Positions 9,368 to 19,207 of a stretch of DNA of 63,215 bases are shown one piece after another. A model generated the notes under the pieces. It ran no database searches. It saw nothing but the letters and a program-made list of their open reading frames with translations, and was not told the DNA's origin. Location of the stretch: contig CAKPXW010000001.1 in NCBI GenBank assembly GCA_934202505.1, positions 1-63,215 on the forward strand, read 5' to 3'. The translations under genes were made by a program, and so were the position numbers. Within the stretch, counting starts at the first letter, position 1, and the number at the start of each line of letters is the position of its first letter. This DNA is from an uncultured Bacilli bacterium (GTDB taxonomy: Bacteria > Bacillota_I > Bacilli_A > RFN20 > CAG-631).

Positions 9368-9898
9368 TTAATTTTCGATATCTATTACGCCATATCCTCC
9401 ATCTTTTCTTTTATATACAACAGAAATTGTATGATCTTCAACATCTTCATAAATATAGAAATCGTGATCTGTGCTATCCATTTCCATAATCGCATCATCT
9501 AATGTCATGCAAGAAGGGTGGATAGTTTTATTTTTTATAAATATTTCCTCTTGAGGGTTTTTTTCTTCTAAATATCCAAATGTTTTTCCAAGATTTACTT
9601 TTTCTGAAGACCTATCTAATCTCGCTTTAACTTTGGAAATTTGTTTTTCAAGTTTATCCCTAGCTATATCTATTGCTTCAAGAAGTTCATTATGTTCAGC
9701 TTCACTTCTTAATAGTAAATATGGCGTTGGAATTGTTACTTCAACTTTTGATTTTCCATTTCTAAATTTCACAACAATTCTACAATCAAATTGTTGACTA
9801 TTGCGAAGACTTTTTTCAATTTTAGACACGCTCTTAATTAATGCATTTTGAGTTTCTTCGCTGATTTTTGTGCCATTCGATACTATTTGATATTTCAT
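9368..9898 (-). CDS. hpf: Ribosome hibernation promoting factor, long form
   Basis: 176 aa. N-terminal RaiA/HPF-like domain plus the C-terminal dimerisation domain typical of Firmicutes long HPF. Confidence 0.85.
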   Translation of the reverse strand: MKYQIVSNGTKISEETQNALIKSVSKIEKSLRNSQQFDCRIVVKFRNGKSKVEVTIPTPYLLLRSEAEHNELLEAIDIARDKLEKQISKVKARLDRSSEKVNLGKTFGYLEEKNPQEEIFIKNKTIHPSCMTLDDAIMEMDSTDHDFYIYEDVEDHTISVVYKRKDGGYGVIDIEN

Positions 9899-10024
9899 AA
9901 TATAAATACCTCCTATCTATATTATATGGCAGGAAAAATAAATTAATAGTCTACCATTTTATTTTTTAATATGCTACAATTATATTGTTGGGCAATATTA
10001 GCCTATTTTTTTTGGAGGCTTATT

Positions 10025-10573
10025 ATGGATATTGATAAATTAAGAGAAAGAAAAATAAATAGTACTCAAATATTTGATGGTAAGATAATAAAAATTTATA
10101 AAGATCTAGTACAATGTCCTAATGGTAATAATTCTTACAGAGAAATAATAAAACATCATGGTGGTGTTTGTATATTAGCAGTCGATAAAGATAACAATGT
10201 TTTTATGGAAAAACAATATCGTTATGCTTACGACGAAGTTCTTTATGAACTTCCTGCAGGCAAACTTGAAGAAAATGAAGTTCCTTTAGATGCTGCTTAT
10301 AGAGAATTTGAAGAAGAAACTGGTTATAAAGCTATTAATTTAAAAAGTCTTGGCGTTATGTACCCTACATGTGGATATAGTAATGAAATTATATATTTAT
10401 TTTTTACAACCGATTTTATAAAAACAAGTCGTCATTTAGATGATGATGAAGAAATTGAAGTGATAAAAATGCCTTTAAATGAAATAATCAAATATATTAA
10501 TGATAATACTATAAAAGATGCTAAAACAATTTGTGCAGTAAGCAAATATCTACTTTTGAAAAATGAAAAGTAA
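10025..10573 (+). CDS. NUDIX hydrolase (ADP-ribose pyrophosphatase-like)
   Basis: Nudix box GKLEENEVPLDAAYREFEEETG. Start moved to ATG 10025 (GGAGG 6 nt upstream). Confidence 0.85.
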   Translation: MDIDKLRERKINSTQIFDGKIIKIYKDLVQCPNGNNSYREIIKHHGGVCILAVDKDNNVFMEKQYRYAYDEVLYELPAGKLEENEVPLDAAYREFEEETGYKAINLKSLGVMYPTCGYSNEIIYLFFTTDFIKTSRHLDDDEEIEVIKMPLNEIIKYINDNTIKDAKTICAVSKYLLLKNEK

Positions 10574-10603
10574 AAAAAATTCCGTTGATTTCGGAATTTT
10601 TTT
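10572..10603. terminator. Bidirectional terminator between the convergent NUDIX and metK genes
   Basis: A8, then aattccg-N7-cggaatt, then T7. Confidence 0.75.
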
Positions 10604-10604
10604 A

Positions 10605-11747
10605 TTACTTTAAATATTTTTTTAAATTTTCTACCTTATCTAAATGTTCCCATTTAACATCTATGTCATTTCTTCCAAAATGTCCATAAGAAGCAAGATT
10701 TCTAAATTGAGATTTCCTTAAATCTAAATGTTCAATAATTTCATAAGGTTTTAGTGGAAAATTATCAATAATTGCTTCAAGGATTTTTTCATCACTAATT
10801 TTACCAGTATTAAATGTTTCAACAGCAATCGAAGCTGGATCTTCTTTGCCTATTATATAAGCAAGTTGTATTTCACAGCGATCAGCAAGTCCTGCTGCCA
10901 CAATATTTTTAGCAATATATCTTGCCATATACGCGCCAGATCTATCAACTTTAGTACAATCTTTTCCTGAAAAAGCTCCTCCACCATGTTTTGCAGATCC
11001 ACCATAAGTATCTACAATAATTTTTCTACCTGTTAATCCAACATCACCTTTTGGACCGCCAACAACAAATTTTCCAGTAGGATTAATATACACTTTAAAA
11101 TTTGTATTCATTCCAAATGATTTTGCAACCGGAATCATAATTTCGTCTTTAATAAATTTTTTAAATTCTCGTGCTTTATAATCAGGATCATGTTGAATTG
11201 ACATCAAAACAGTTACAAGTTTTGGCTTATTAGGATTTGTATAATCTACTGTCACTTGAGATTTCATATCAGGACGAGCATATTTAAACTTTCCTTCTTT
11301 TCTTAAGTTTGTAGCTACACGAACCAGTTTATGAGCCATAACTATTGGTAAAGGCATATATCCTTTTGTCTCATTAGTTGCATAGCCAAACATCATTCCT
11401 TGATCTCCTGCCCCTTTTTTATCAACACCACGAGCAATATCAGGTGATTGATGTTTAACAAGTACATCTATCTTACATGTTTTATAATCTAATCCATATT
11501 TTTCATTATCATATCCAATTTCTTTAATTACATCTCTAGCAATAGCTTTATAATCAATACTAGCTTTAGTTGTAATTTCTCCACCAATAATAATATGATT
11601 TGTTGTAGCATAACACTCACAGCCAACTCTACTAAATGGGTCTTGTTTCAAGCATTCATCTAAAATTGCATCAGAAATAGCATCACATAACTTATCAGGA
11701 TGACCTTCTGATACAGATTCTGAAGTAAATAATTTTTTAATTTCCAT
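10605..11747 (-). CDS. metK: S-adenosylmethionine synthetase
   Basis: SEGHPDKLCD and GAGDQGMMFGYA motifs; 380 aa. Confidence 0.97.
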   Translation of the reverse strand: MEIKKLFTSESVSEGHPDKLCDAISDAILDECLKQDPFSRVGCECYATTNHIIIGGEITTKASIDYKAIARDVIKEIGYDNEKYGLDYKTCKIDVLVKHQSPDIARGVDKKGAGDQGMMFGYATNETKGYMPLPIVMAHKLVRVATNLRKEGKFKYARPDMKSQVTVDYTNPNKPKLVTVLMSIQHDPDYKAREFKKFIKDEIMIPVAKSFGMNTNFKVYINPTGKFVVGGPKGDVGLTGRKIIVDTYGGSAKHGGGAFSGKDCTKVDRSGAYMARYIAKNIVAAGLADRCEIQLAYIIGKEDPASIAVETFNTGKISDEKILEAIIDNFPLKPYEIIEHLDLRKSQFRNLASYGHFGRNDIDVKWEHLDKVENLKKYLK

Positions 11748-11770
11748 AATAATCCTCCTTCAAAATAAAA

Positions 11771-11917
11771 AGCTTTCCTATTAAGGGAAAGCATTCATCT
11801 TAGATTATTGCTTTCTCTTATTGTTCGGATAAATCCGCTGGGGTTAAGCACCTTCTTTGTATAAAGGGTTGCTACCACCTTTCGATCCTTCATCTAGGTG
11901 GGTTCTTAATAAGAGCT
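11771..11917 (-). promoter_or_regulatory. SAM-I (S-box) riboswitch with terminator, in the metK leader
   Basis: Minus strand: P1 ctcttat...ataagag, conserved aaggtgcttaaccccagcgg...gaacaataagag core, then gctttcc-N7-ggaaagc plus a T-run. Confidence 0.8.
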
Positions 11918-11934
11918 TTTTACTAAGCATTGAT

Positions 11935-11963
11935 ATTATATACTTAAGACTTCTATAAATCAA
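11935..11963 (-). promoter_or_regulatory. Sigma-A type promoter driving the SAM riboswitch and metK
   Basis: Minus strand TTGATT, 17 nt, TATAAT. Located about 20 nt upstream of riboswitch P1. Confidence 0.7.
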
Positions 11964-12087
11964 TATTTTTATTTATTTCTTGTAATTCAAAAATTGAAAT
12001 GTTCGTAATAGTAGAAATTAAAGGTAATTCCATTTTCAACTTTAATAATGATTTAGCTATTTCTTTTTGGCAGTCTTTTTTATTCAT
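11953..12087 (-). CDS. Small hypothetical ORF (44 aa; 47 aa from the upstream ATG at 12096)
   Basis: Not in the ORF track (too short). AAGGA lies 7 nt before the ATG at 12087. Product MNKKDCQKEIAKSLLKLKMELPLISTITNISIFELQEINKNIDL. No family recognised. Confidence 0.3.
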   Translation of the reverse strand: MNKKDCQKEIAKSLLKLKMELPLISTITNISIFELQEINKNIDL

Positions 12088-12128
12088 TTTTTTCATCCTT
12101 TCACTTATAGTGTAGGATGATTTTTAAA

Positions 12129-12383
12129 TTACATACCTTTTTTATATTTTAATAAAGCTTTTGATAATTGATCTGGACATGAAGTAGGTTTTGTCCTACA
12201 TTTAATTCCTTGTAATTTTTCTATTAAATAATCAACACTTTGTCCAACACATAAAGCCGATAATCCTAATGTGTTCCCTGGACATCCTCCAACAAATTTT
12301 ACATTTTTTACTATATTATCTTCTATTTCTATTTCTATTTCTCTTGAACAAGTTCCTTCTGTTTTATAAACTATTGTTTCCAT
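12129..12383 (-). CDS. TSCPD-domain protein (TIGR03905-like), function unknown
   Basis: GGCPGN and TSCPDQL motifs. Start moved to ATG 12383 (AAGGAG 8 nt upstream); the track start is GTG inside the SD. Confidence 0.75.
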   Translation of the reverse strand: METIVYKTEGTCSREIEIEIEDNIVKNVKFVGGCPGNTLGLSALCVGQSVDYLIEKLQGIKCRTKPTSCPDQLSKALLKYKKGM

Positions 12384-12500
12384 TTTTATCACTCCTTGTT
12401 ATGAAATTATATATTTTAATTATATTTTTGTAAATAATACAAATTATTATTTGTTATTTTATAGATTTATATTGCATATGATTTATTGGTGATTATCTTT

Positions 12501-13193
12501 ATGAAAAAATTTTTTTTGTTAATATTTACTTCTTTATTTATTTTTTCTTGTACTAACCCTAAAACTGTATCTTCTTCTCCAATGGCGAAAGTATATTATC
12601 ATTATAAAACTGTAGAGCCATACCTATGCCTTACTTTTGATGATGGGCCTGACAAAGTACAAACACCAAAGGTTTTAGAAATACTTAAAAAATATAATGC
12701 CAAAGCCACTTTTTTTGTTGTCGGAGAAGAAATTGAATATCAAAAAAGTATTTTAAAAAAAGTATTTAATGAGGGTCATGATATTGGAAACCATTTTTAT
12801 GCGCATGAAAACATAAATAAACTTACAGAAAGTCAAATAAAAGAAAGCATTAAAAAGACAAATGACCTAATTTATGAAGTAACTAATAAAAAGCCAAAAT
12901 ATGTTCGACCTCCTTATGGAATTGTTAATGACAAATTAAAAAAAGTATGTGGTGAACTAGGAATGGATATTATTATTTGGACAGATGACAAAGACTCATT
13001 AGATTGGAAAAAAACTGTTGATTCAGTTATTATTAATAATTTAACAAAAAAAGTAAGTAATGGTGACATTTTCTTATTCCATGATGGAAATAAAACTTTT
13101 ACAAATACCTTATCAGCAATTGATGTAATTATTCCTACATTGCAAAAAAAAGGATACAAGTTCGTATCTATATCTACGCTACTTGCTCCTTAA
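12501..13193 (+). CDS. Polysaccharide deacetylase (NodB/PgdA family), probable lipoprotein
   Basis: LTFDDGPD motif, HFYAH, and signal peptide with FIFSC. Start moved to the first ATG (the track start is TTG). Confidence 0.85.
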   Translation: MKKFFLLIFTSLFIFSCTNPKTVSSSPMAKVYYHYKTVEPYLCLTFDDGPDKVQTPKVLEILKKYNAKATFFVVGEEIEYQKSILKKVFNEGHDIGNHFYAHENINKLTESQIKESIKKTNDLIYEVTNKKPKYVRPPYGIVNDKLKKVCGELGMDIIIWTDDKDSLDWKKTVDSVIINNLTKKVSNGDIFLFHDGNKTFTNTLSAIDVIIPTLQKKGYKFVSISTLLAP

Positions 13194-14475
13194 TTTTTCC
13201 GATTAAATCGTAATTTGTACAACCTGTAATTTCAACAAAATAGAATTGACCAATAATTAATGGCTTTTTAGATTTTATTATAACTTGTCCATCTTCAGCA
13301 TCTGGTGCAAACACATAATTTCTACCATAATAATTTTTACCATCAAAGTCTTCAATTAAAACTTGCGTAACTTCTTTGATTCTTTTTCTATTTAATTCTA
13401 AAGAAATATTTTGTTGAATTTCCATTATTTCTTTTCTTCTTAAATATGCTGTTTTACTATTAACTGTTCCTTTATAAGAATACGCTGGTGTATTTTCTTC
13501 TTTTGAGTAAGTAAAGACTCCTAAATGATCAAATTTAACTTCTTTTACGAAATCAACTAAATCTTTAAAATCTTCTTCACTTTCTTGCGGAAAACCAACA
13601 ATTAAAGTTGTACGAAGGATAGGTTTTTCTATTGTTTTTTTGATATAATTTACAACTTCTAGATATTTTTCTCTAGTTCCACTTCTTCCCATTAAAGCAA
13701 GCATTTTGTTACTACTATGTTGAATTGGAATATCAAAATAAGGAATAAAATTAGAATACTTATTAAAAAGATCAACAAATCTAAAGCTTATTCTATCAGG
13801 ATATAAATATAATACTCTAAAATATACACTATCATCTAATTTTAATAAATCTTCCATTAGTTCTTCTAAAAAATAATCTTTATATATATCTTTTCCATAT
13901 CTTGTTGGATCTTGAGCTATGACAATTATTTCTTTTTTTCCAAGTTTTATTAATCTTTTAGCATCTTCAATAATATCTTCTTTTTTAAAAGATACAAAAT
14001 TTCCTCTAATTAAAGGAATAGCACAATAAGCGCAACGATTACTACATCCTTCTCCTATTTTTAAATAAGCAACTGGTAAAGGATTAGATAGGCTTCTTTT
14101 TAAAGGATTAAACGTTTTACTAACATTTAAATTTAATAATTCATTTAATTTTTCGCCTAATGTATCATACTCATCAACGCCAACAATCAAATCAATTTCT
14201 GGAATCTCTTTTTCTAATTCTTCTTTATATCTTTTAGCAAGACATCCACACACAATTAAATATGCATCATCTTTTTTCTCATTAATTACACTAAAAATAG
14301 TATCTATCGATTCTTTTTTGGCAGATGTAATAAATCCACAAGTATTAATAAAAATTATATCACTTTCTTTTACATCATCGATTATTTCTATTTTCCCTTC
14401 TTTTAGTAGTCCTAAAATACATTCACTATCAACTAGGTTTTTTACACAACCTAAAGAAATAAAGCATGCTTTCAT
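13174..14475 (-). CDS. rimO: Ribosomal protein S12 methylthiotransferase RimO
   Basis: N-terminal SLGCVKNLVDSE, radical-SAM CSNRCAYC, C-terminal TRAM-like domain; 433 aa. Confidence 0.8.
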   Translation of the reverse strand: MKACFISLGCVKNLVDSECILGLLKEGKIEIIDDVKESDIIFINTCGFITSAKKESIDTIFSVINEKKDDAYLIVCGCLAKRYKEELEKEIPEIDLIVGVDEYDTLGEKLNELLNLNVSKTFNPLKRSLSNPLPVAYLKIGEGCSNRCAYCAIPLIRGNFVSFKKEDIIEDAKRLIKLGKKEIIVIAQDPTRYGKDIYKDYFLEELMEDLLKLDDSVYFRVLYLYPDRISFRFVDLFNKYSNFIPYFDIPIQHSSNKMLALMGRSGTREKYLEVVNYIKKTIEKPILRTTLIVGFPQESEEDFKDLVDFVKEVKFDHLGVFTYSKEENTPAYSYKGTVNSKTAYLRRKEIMEIQQNISLELNRKRIKEVTQVLIEDFDGKNYYGRNYVFAPDAEDGQVIIKSKKPLIIGQFYFVEITGCTNYDLIGKIKEQVA

Positions 14476-15422
14476 AATAAATTATCCAATTCCTCAATTA
14501 ATTTCATTGTTTCATCGATATTTCTACATTTTGCTCCTGAAGCATTATCATGTCCACCGCCATTAAAATGACTAGCAACATCATTAATTTTAACACCTCT
14601 TGAACGAATAGAAACACGCCATTTATATTCAGATTCTGTAACATCTTCACTAAATTGAACCCATATTTTTATTTCATTGTACCCTGATAAAAGATTAACA
14701 TATGCTTTTATTTGTTCTCTTTCAATATTTAGTTTTGCTAAATCAGCACTCGAAATATGATAATAACCAACACCTTTTGGAGTAATTTTAAAGATGTCAT
14801 ATAAATATTTAACAATTTTTATTTCTTCAATAGACTTTAGATATAATTTATCGTATACTTCAGAAATATTAACATTACTTTTTAAAAGATACGCAGCCAT
14901 TTCAAATGTCATAGATGATGTTGAAGAATATTGAAATCTTCCACTATCGCCAACTAATCCACTGTATAAAAATGTTGCTGCTTCTTGAGATAAATGTTTT
15001 TTATATCCTTTTAACATATATGCAATTATTTCACAAGCTGCTGCTGCACTATCATCAACATATTGTATATTACCAAAACTTTCGCATTCTGGATGATGAT
15101 CAATTTTAATAACAAAATCAGCTTTAGAAATATAATCTTTTCCATCAACACGTGGACTATTTGCTGTATCCACAATAATACATAAATATTTTACATCAGA
15201 TAAATTTACATCATCATCTGTATATGGATATAAATTTGGTGAAAAGAATTTATGTTTTTGTCCAAATGCATAAACTTTTTTCTCAGGATAATTATCTAAA
15301 ATCCAAGTTTTTAAGCCAAATTGAGATCCTGAAGCATCAAAGTCTGGAACTTCATGTCTTAAAATGACTATATTATCATATTCTTCAATTTTTTCTAAAA
15401 TTTCTTTAAATACTTTCTTCAT
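14472..15422 (-). CDS. nrnA: DHH/DHHA1 phosphoesterase (NrnA-like oligoribonuclease / pAp phosphatase)
   Basis: DHH motif (KIDHHP) and GGGH motif (FNGGGHDNASGA). 4-nt overlap with rimO. Confidence 0.8.
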   Translation of the reverse strand: MKKVFKEILEKIEEYDNIVILRHEVPDFDASGSQFGLKTWILDNYPEKKVYAFGQKHKFFSPNLYPYTDDDVNLSDVKYLCIIVDTANSPRVDGKDYISKADFVIKIDHHPECESFGNIQYVDDSAAAACEIIAYMLKGYKKHLSQEAATFLYSGLVGDSGRFQYSSTSSMTFEMAAYLLKSNVNISEVYDKLYLKSIEEIKIVKYLYDIFKITPKGVGYYHISSADLAKLNIEREQIKAYVNLLSGYNEIKIWVQFSEDVTESEYKWRVSIRSRGVKINDVASHFNGGGHDNASGAKCRNIDETMKLIEELDNLL

Positions 15423-15425
15423 GTT

Positions 15426-16619
15426 TTATTTTCCCATAATAATATCATATGTATCTCTACACATCATAATTTCTTCATTTGTAGGGATAATAAATACATC
15501 AACTTTTGAATTTTTAGTAGAAATTTTTACACCTTTACCATTACAAATTTCTACTGGATTATTTTCATCAACTTCAATACCTAAAGCATCTTTAATCATA
15601 GGAATTAAGGCTTTTCTTGTGGAAATAGAATTTTCTCCAACGCCTGCTGTAAATACAATTGCATTGCAGCCACCTAATTCTACAAAATAAGATCCAATAA
15701 ATTGTGCAACTCTTGTACAATATACTTTTCTTGCAAGGAAAGCTTGATGAATATTTTCTTTTTCTGCTTTATCAATATCTCTCATATCACTTGAAATACC
15801 AGATACTCCAAGAAGACCAGAATCATAATTACAAACATGGTTCATTTCATCTGGAGTTAAATTATCTTTTTTCATTACATATGATAAAATAGATGGATCA
15901 ATATCTCCACATCTTGTTCCCATCATGATACCACCAAGAGGAGTAAATCCCATAGATGTATCTACTGATTTTCCATTTTCAATAGCACACAAAGAAGCTC
16001 CACTACCAAGATGGCAAGAAATTAATTTATATTCATCTTTCCCATAATATTCTTTAATTACTGAAGCAATATATTTATGTGATGTTCCGTGAGCGCCATA
16101 TCTTCTCACACGATAATCTTGATAATAACGATAAGGAAGAGCATAAATATATCTTTCTTCTGGAATTGTTTGATGGAATGCTGTATCAAAAACCATTGTA
16201 TGAATTGCATTTGGTAATTCTTTCTTAAAGGCCATATAACCAGCATATTCTGCTGCATTATGATGAGGAGCAAATTCAGCAAGTCTTAAAACTTCTTTTC
16301 CTACTTCTTCAGTAACAACTTCTGTTTTAGAAAAACTTTCACCACCTTGAACAACACGATGCCCAACGCCTTTTATATCATCAACATTTTTTATTATTCC
16401 TTTTTCTTTTAATCCATTCATTACCACTCTTACTGCTTCTGGTTGATCAGGAATATCTTGAATAGTTTGAGTTTTTTCTCCTTGATACTTAATTGTAAAA
16501 ATACTATTTGGTAAACCAATTCTTTCTACTTGTCCAGAAGTTATTACTTTTTCTTCAGGCATTTCTACCAATTGAAACTTTAATGATGAACTTCCGGCAT
16601 TTACAGCTAATATTTTCAT
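15426..16619 (-). CDS. ackA: Acetate kinase
   Basis: MKILAVNAGSSSLKFQL N-terminus; 397 aa; conserved throughout. Confidence 0.97.
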   Translation of the reverse strand: MKILAVNAGSSSLKFQLVEMPEEKVITSGQVERIGLPNSIFTIKYQGEKTQTIQDIPDQPEAVRVVMNGLKEKGIIKNVDDIKGVGHRVVQGGESFSKTEVVTEEVGKEVLRLAEFAPHHNAAEYAGYMAFKKELPNAIHTMVFDTAFHQTIPEERYIYALPYRYYQDYRVRRYGAHGTSHKYIASVIKEYYGKDEYKLISCHLGSGASLCAIENGKSVDTSMGFTPLGGIMMGTRCGDIDPSILSYVMKKDNLTPDEMNHVCNYDSGLLGVSGISSDMRDIDKAEKENIHQAFLARKVYCTRVAQFIGSYFVELGGCNAIVFTAGVGENSISTRKALIPMIKDALGIEVDENNPVEICNGKGVKISTKNSKVDVFIIPTNEEIMMCRDTYDIIMGK

Positions 16620-16675
16620 ACTTTATAAATCCTCCATTAATATGCTTTAATATTTTACTATTTATATAGTAAAAA

Positions 16676-16704
16676 GTCAAAAAAAAGTGCACTTTGAGTG
16701 CACT
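16676..16704 (-). terminator. Rho-independent terminator after the esterase gene
   Basis: Minus strand agtgcac-N5-gtgcact followed by T8. Confidence 0.7.
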
Positions 16705-16709
16705 ATCAA

Positions 16710-17540
16710 TTACATATATTCTTTGATAAAATGAATAGCATCATTTACCCATTGCTTGTTATATTGAATATTGTCTATATATTCTTTATTGTTAATTCCA
16801 TAAACACACTCATCAGCAACAGATTGTCCATGATCTCCATATGGATAAACATGTAATTCATATAAAATACCCTTTTCTGTTAAAGACTTTGCTAAATTAA
16901 TAGAATTTAATACAGAAACCGCATTATCAAATCTTGTATGCCAAATAAATGTCTTAGGGAAATTGTCTTTTACATGTTTTTCAATTGAAAAATAATCGGT
17001 AAGTTGGGCGTCTTTTTGAGTAATATTTTCTTTTGTTTCTTTATGTGTGAACTCGTCCATTAAAATAACTGGATATCCTAAAAAGCAGCCATTTACTACA
17101 AGATTAGACTTATCTTCATGTAAAAAGCTTGCGTAATAATCTTCATCATAATAGCAAGAAACTGATGCTGCTAAATGGCCTCCAGCTGAAAAGCCCATTA
17201 CTCCTATTTTATTAGAATCCACATTATATTTATCAGCATTTTTTCTAATGTAAGCTAAAGCTGCATAAACTCCTATTAATGGATGTGGATATTTAAATGG
17301 AGCGATTTTATATTTTAAAACAAATACATTAATATTTTCAGCAAGTAATTTTAAAGCAACTGGTTCTGCTTCTCTATCTGAACAATAAGCATAAGCTCCA
17401 CCAGGAAGTATTACAATAGTTTTTCTTTTTCTATTTATTTCAATTTCTGAATAATTGTTAGGGCAATATGACTCAAGAACATAACTATCATCATCAAGCA
17501 TTGGATAATAATCTTTTAAATTAACTTTTTCATTTATCAT
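16710..17540 (-). CDS. Alpha/beta hydrolase (acetyl-esterase / lipase-like)
   Basis: GFSAGGHLA nucleophile elbow and an upstream LPGGAY oxyanion-hole-like motif. Confidence 0.75.
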   Translation of the reverse strand: MINEKVNLKDYYPMLDDDSYVLESYCPNNYSEIEINRKRKTIVILPGGAYAYCSDREAEPVALKLLAENINVFVLKYKIAPFKYPHPLIGVYAALAYIRKNADKYNVDSNKIGVMGFSAGGHLAASVSCYYDEDYYASFLHEDKSNLVVNGCFLGYPVILMDEFTHKETKENITQKDAQLTDYFSIEKHVKDNFPKTFIWHTRFDNAVSVLNSINLAKSLTEKGILYELHVYPYGDHGQSVADECVYGINNKEYIDNIQYNKQWVNDAIHFIKEYM

Positions 17541-17552
17541 TTGATTTACCTC

Positions 17553-18077
17553 TTATTTTATATATCTGATATGATTTTCTTTTCTAGGCTTAGCTAAAAT
17601 TTCTTTATCGCTTGAATTATAACCTACTATACATGTTCCAACAACTATATCATTTTCTTGTAAACCAAGTTCTTCTTTTATTTTCATTCCTTGCTTAGTA
17701 TTCAAAAGATCATTAAGTTGATTAATCCAACATGATGAAACATTTAAAGCACTTGCAGCAACCATTAAATTTTCCATCATACAACTACCATCTTGGATGA
17801 CAAACTTTTCTTGACTATTTCCATAAACAACTATCATTGTTTTAGCCCCATAGAAACAATCATTTCCTCTAATAGTTATTGATAATCTTTTTAATTTATT
17901 AAGCATTTTTAAATTAGTTATTACTAGTAAAGACGCTGTTTGTTTATTCATAGCACTAGGAGCCATGCTACCACATTGAACAATTTGATCTAAAACATTT
18001 TCTTTTACTTTTTTATTACTATAAGTTCTGCAACTTCTTCTATTAAGTATGCTTTCAATACCTTTATTTATTCTCAT
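17553..18077 (-). CDS. Nitroreductase-family flavoprotein
   Basis: N-terminal RRSCRTY motif and size (174 aa) typical of the family. Confidence 0.75.
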   Translation of the reverse strand: MRINKGIESILNRRSCRTYSNKKVKENVLDQIVQCGSMAPSAMNKQTASLLVITNLKMLNKLKRLSITIRGNDCFYGAKTMIVVYGNSQEKFVIQDGSCMMENLMVAASALNVSSCWINQLNDLLNTKQGMKIKEELGLQENDIVVGTCIVGYNSSDKEILAKPRKENHIRYIK

Positions 18078-18159
18078 AATGAATTTCGTTATTCATTTCC
18101 TTTCTTGACAATAATTATATCATCTTTTTTCATTTTTGGTAGTTTATAATAAAATATAA

Positions 18160-18168
18160 TGCTATAAT
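18160..18168 (+). promoter_or_regulatory. Extended -10 element of the upp promoter
   Basis: TGcTATAAT about 30 nt before the upp ATG. Confidence 0.45.
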
Positions 18169-18197
18169 ATTAAAAATAAAAAAGGAGAAAAAAAATT

Positions 18198-18824
18198 ATG
18201 TTAACTGTAATTAAGCATCCACTAATTGATGTAAAGTTATCAATTATGCGTGATGAAGAAACAAAGTCAAAAGAGTTCAGAGAAAATTTAAATGAAATTG
18301 CTTCTTTTATGTGCTACGAAGTTTTTAGAGATCTTAAAACTTACGAGTCTGAGGAAACATATTTAACTCCAACAGGTGCAAAACTTCATCGAAAAAAACT
18401 TGAATACAAAATCGTAATTGCCCCAATATTAAGAGCTGGTATTGGAATGTGCGATGGCGTAAAAAATATGATTCCAACTGCAAGAATTGGACATATTGGT
18501 ATGTATCGCGATGAAGAAACACTTGAACCACATGAATATTATTTTAAACTTCCACATGTTGAAAATCCACTTGTAGTAATTGTAGACCCAATGCTTGCAA
18601 CTGGTGGATCAGCTATTGCTGCTATTGATGCTTGCAAAAAAAGAGGATATAAAAATATTCGTTTAATGTGTTTAGTTGGTGTTCCAGAAGGAGTAGAAGC
18701 TGTAGAAAAAGCTCATCCTGATGTACATATCTATCTTGCTTCATTAGATGAAAAATTGAATGAAAAAGGGTATATTTTACCAGGTCTTGGCGATGCTGGT
18801 GATAGAATTTTTGGCACAAAATAA
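18198..18824 (+). CDS. upp: Uracil phosphoribosyltransferase
   Basis: PRPP-binding [14 protein letters not shown]. 208 aa with a conserved C-terminal [12 protein letters not shown]. Confidence 0.95.
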   Translation: MLTVIKHPLIDVKLSIMRDEETKSKEFRENLNEIASFMCYEVFRDLKTYESEETYLTPTGAKLHRKKLEYKIVIAPILRAGIGMCDGVKNMIPTARIGHIGMYRDEETLEPHEYYFKLPHVENPLVVIVDPMLATGGSAIAAIDACKKRGYKNIRLMCLVGVPEGVEAVEKAHPDVHIYLASLDEKLNEKGYILPGLGDAGDRIFGTK

Positions 18825-18840
18825 TTTATATTTAGATAAA

Positions 18841-18876
18841 TAGCTAAGAAGATTGTACTTCTTGGCTATTTTTTTA
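18841..18876 (+). terminator. Rho-independent terminator after upp
   Basis: tagctaagaag-N6-cttcttggcta followed by T7. Confidence 0.75.
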
Positions 18877-19053
18877 TAATGGGATTTTTTTATTTTTTCT
18901 AAAAAATGATAATTAGTTTTTTTAGTAAATCAATATCATTTAATAAAGTACTTTTTTATCAGTCATATTTTTATTAAATATTGACACAAAATATGATTTA
19001 TGTTATCGTTTTTTTAGAAGCAGTAAATATAATATATAATAGAGGAAATAGTA

Positions 19054-19158
19054 ATGAAATTTAAAAAATTAGCAGTAGTATCATTTCTATTAAGTAGTGG
19101 TGTCGTTGTTAATCAAAAAAGTTTTTTACCTAAAAATGTTTTTGCTTTGGAAAATTAA
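19054..19158 (+). CDS. Small ORF (34 aa) with a signal-peptide or single-TM-like N-terminus
   Basis: Not in the track. AGAGGAAA lies 5 nt before the ATG. Product MKFKKLAVVSFLLSSGVVVNQKSFLPKNVFALEN. 49 nt upstream of the next gene. Confidence 0.4.
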   Translation: MKFKKLAVVSFLLSSGVVVNQKSFLPKNVFALEN

Positions 19159-19207
19159 GCAATAACTTTATGTCAATGCTTACTATTAAAAGAAAGGTTT
19201 ATGTCAT

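Noticed and set aside
9971-10024. N-terminal extensions in the ORF track that begin at TTG or GTG codons: NUDIX 9971, RDD 2607, deacetylase 12486, TSCPD 12392, ABC-F 29542, PucR-like 31766, dnaB 33964, membrane protein 37032, GT2 50184, dnaA 58343, AGE 61912, ribU 42402.
   Set aside because: In each case a downstream ATG has a properly spaced Shine-Dalgarno sequence, and the extension is hydrophobic or low-complexity or overlaps the SD itself. I treated these as track artefacts, not as unusual N-terminal domains.
12322-12339. Hexanucleotide repeat (tctatt)x3 inside the TSCPD gene.
   Set aside because: It encodes an in-frame EIEIEIE stretch. The unit length is a multiple of three, so slippage would not switch the gene off. 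Too short to call a variable-number locus.
18877-19053. Roughly 180 nt of non-coding sequence after the upp terminator, examined for a riboswitch, sRNA or tRNA.
   Set aside because: I could not recognise any conserved riboswitch core, cloverleaf or stable structure by eye. It is probably just the promoter and leader of the small-ORF / membrane-protein unit.
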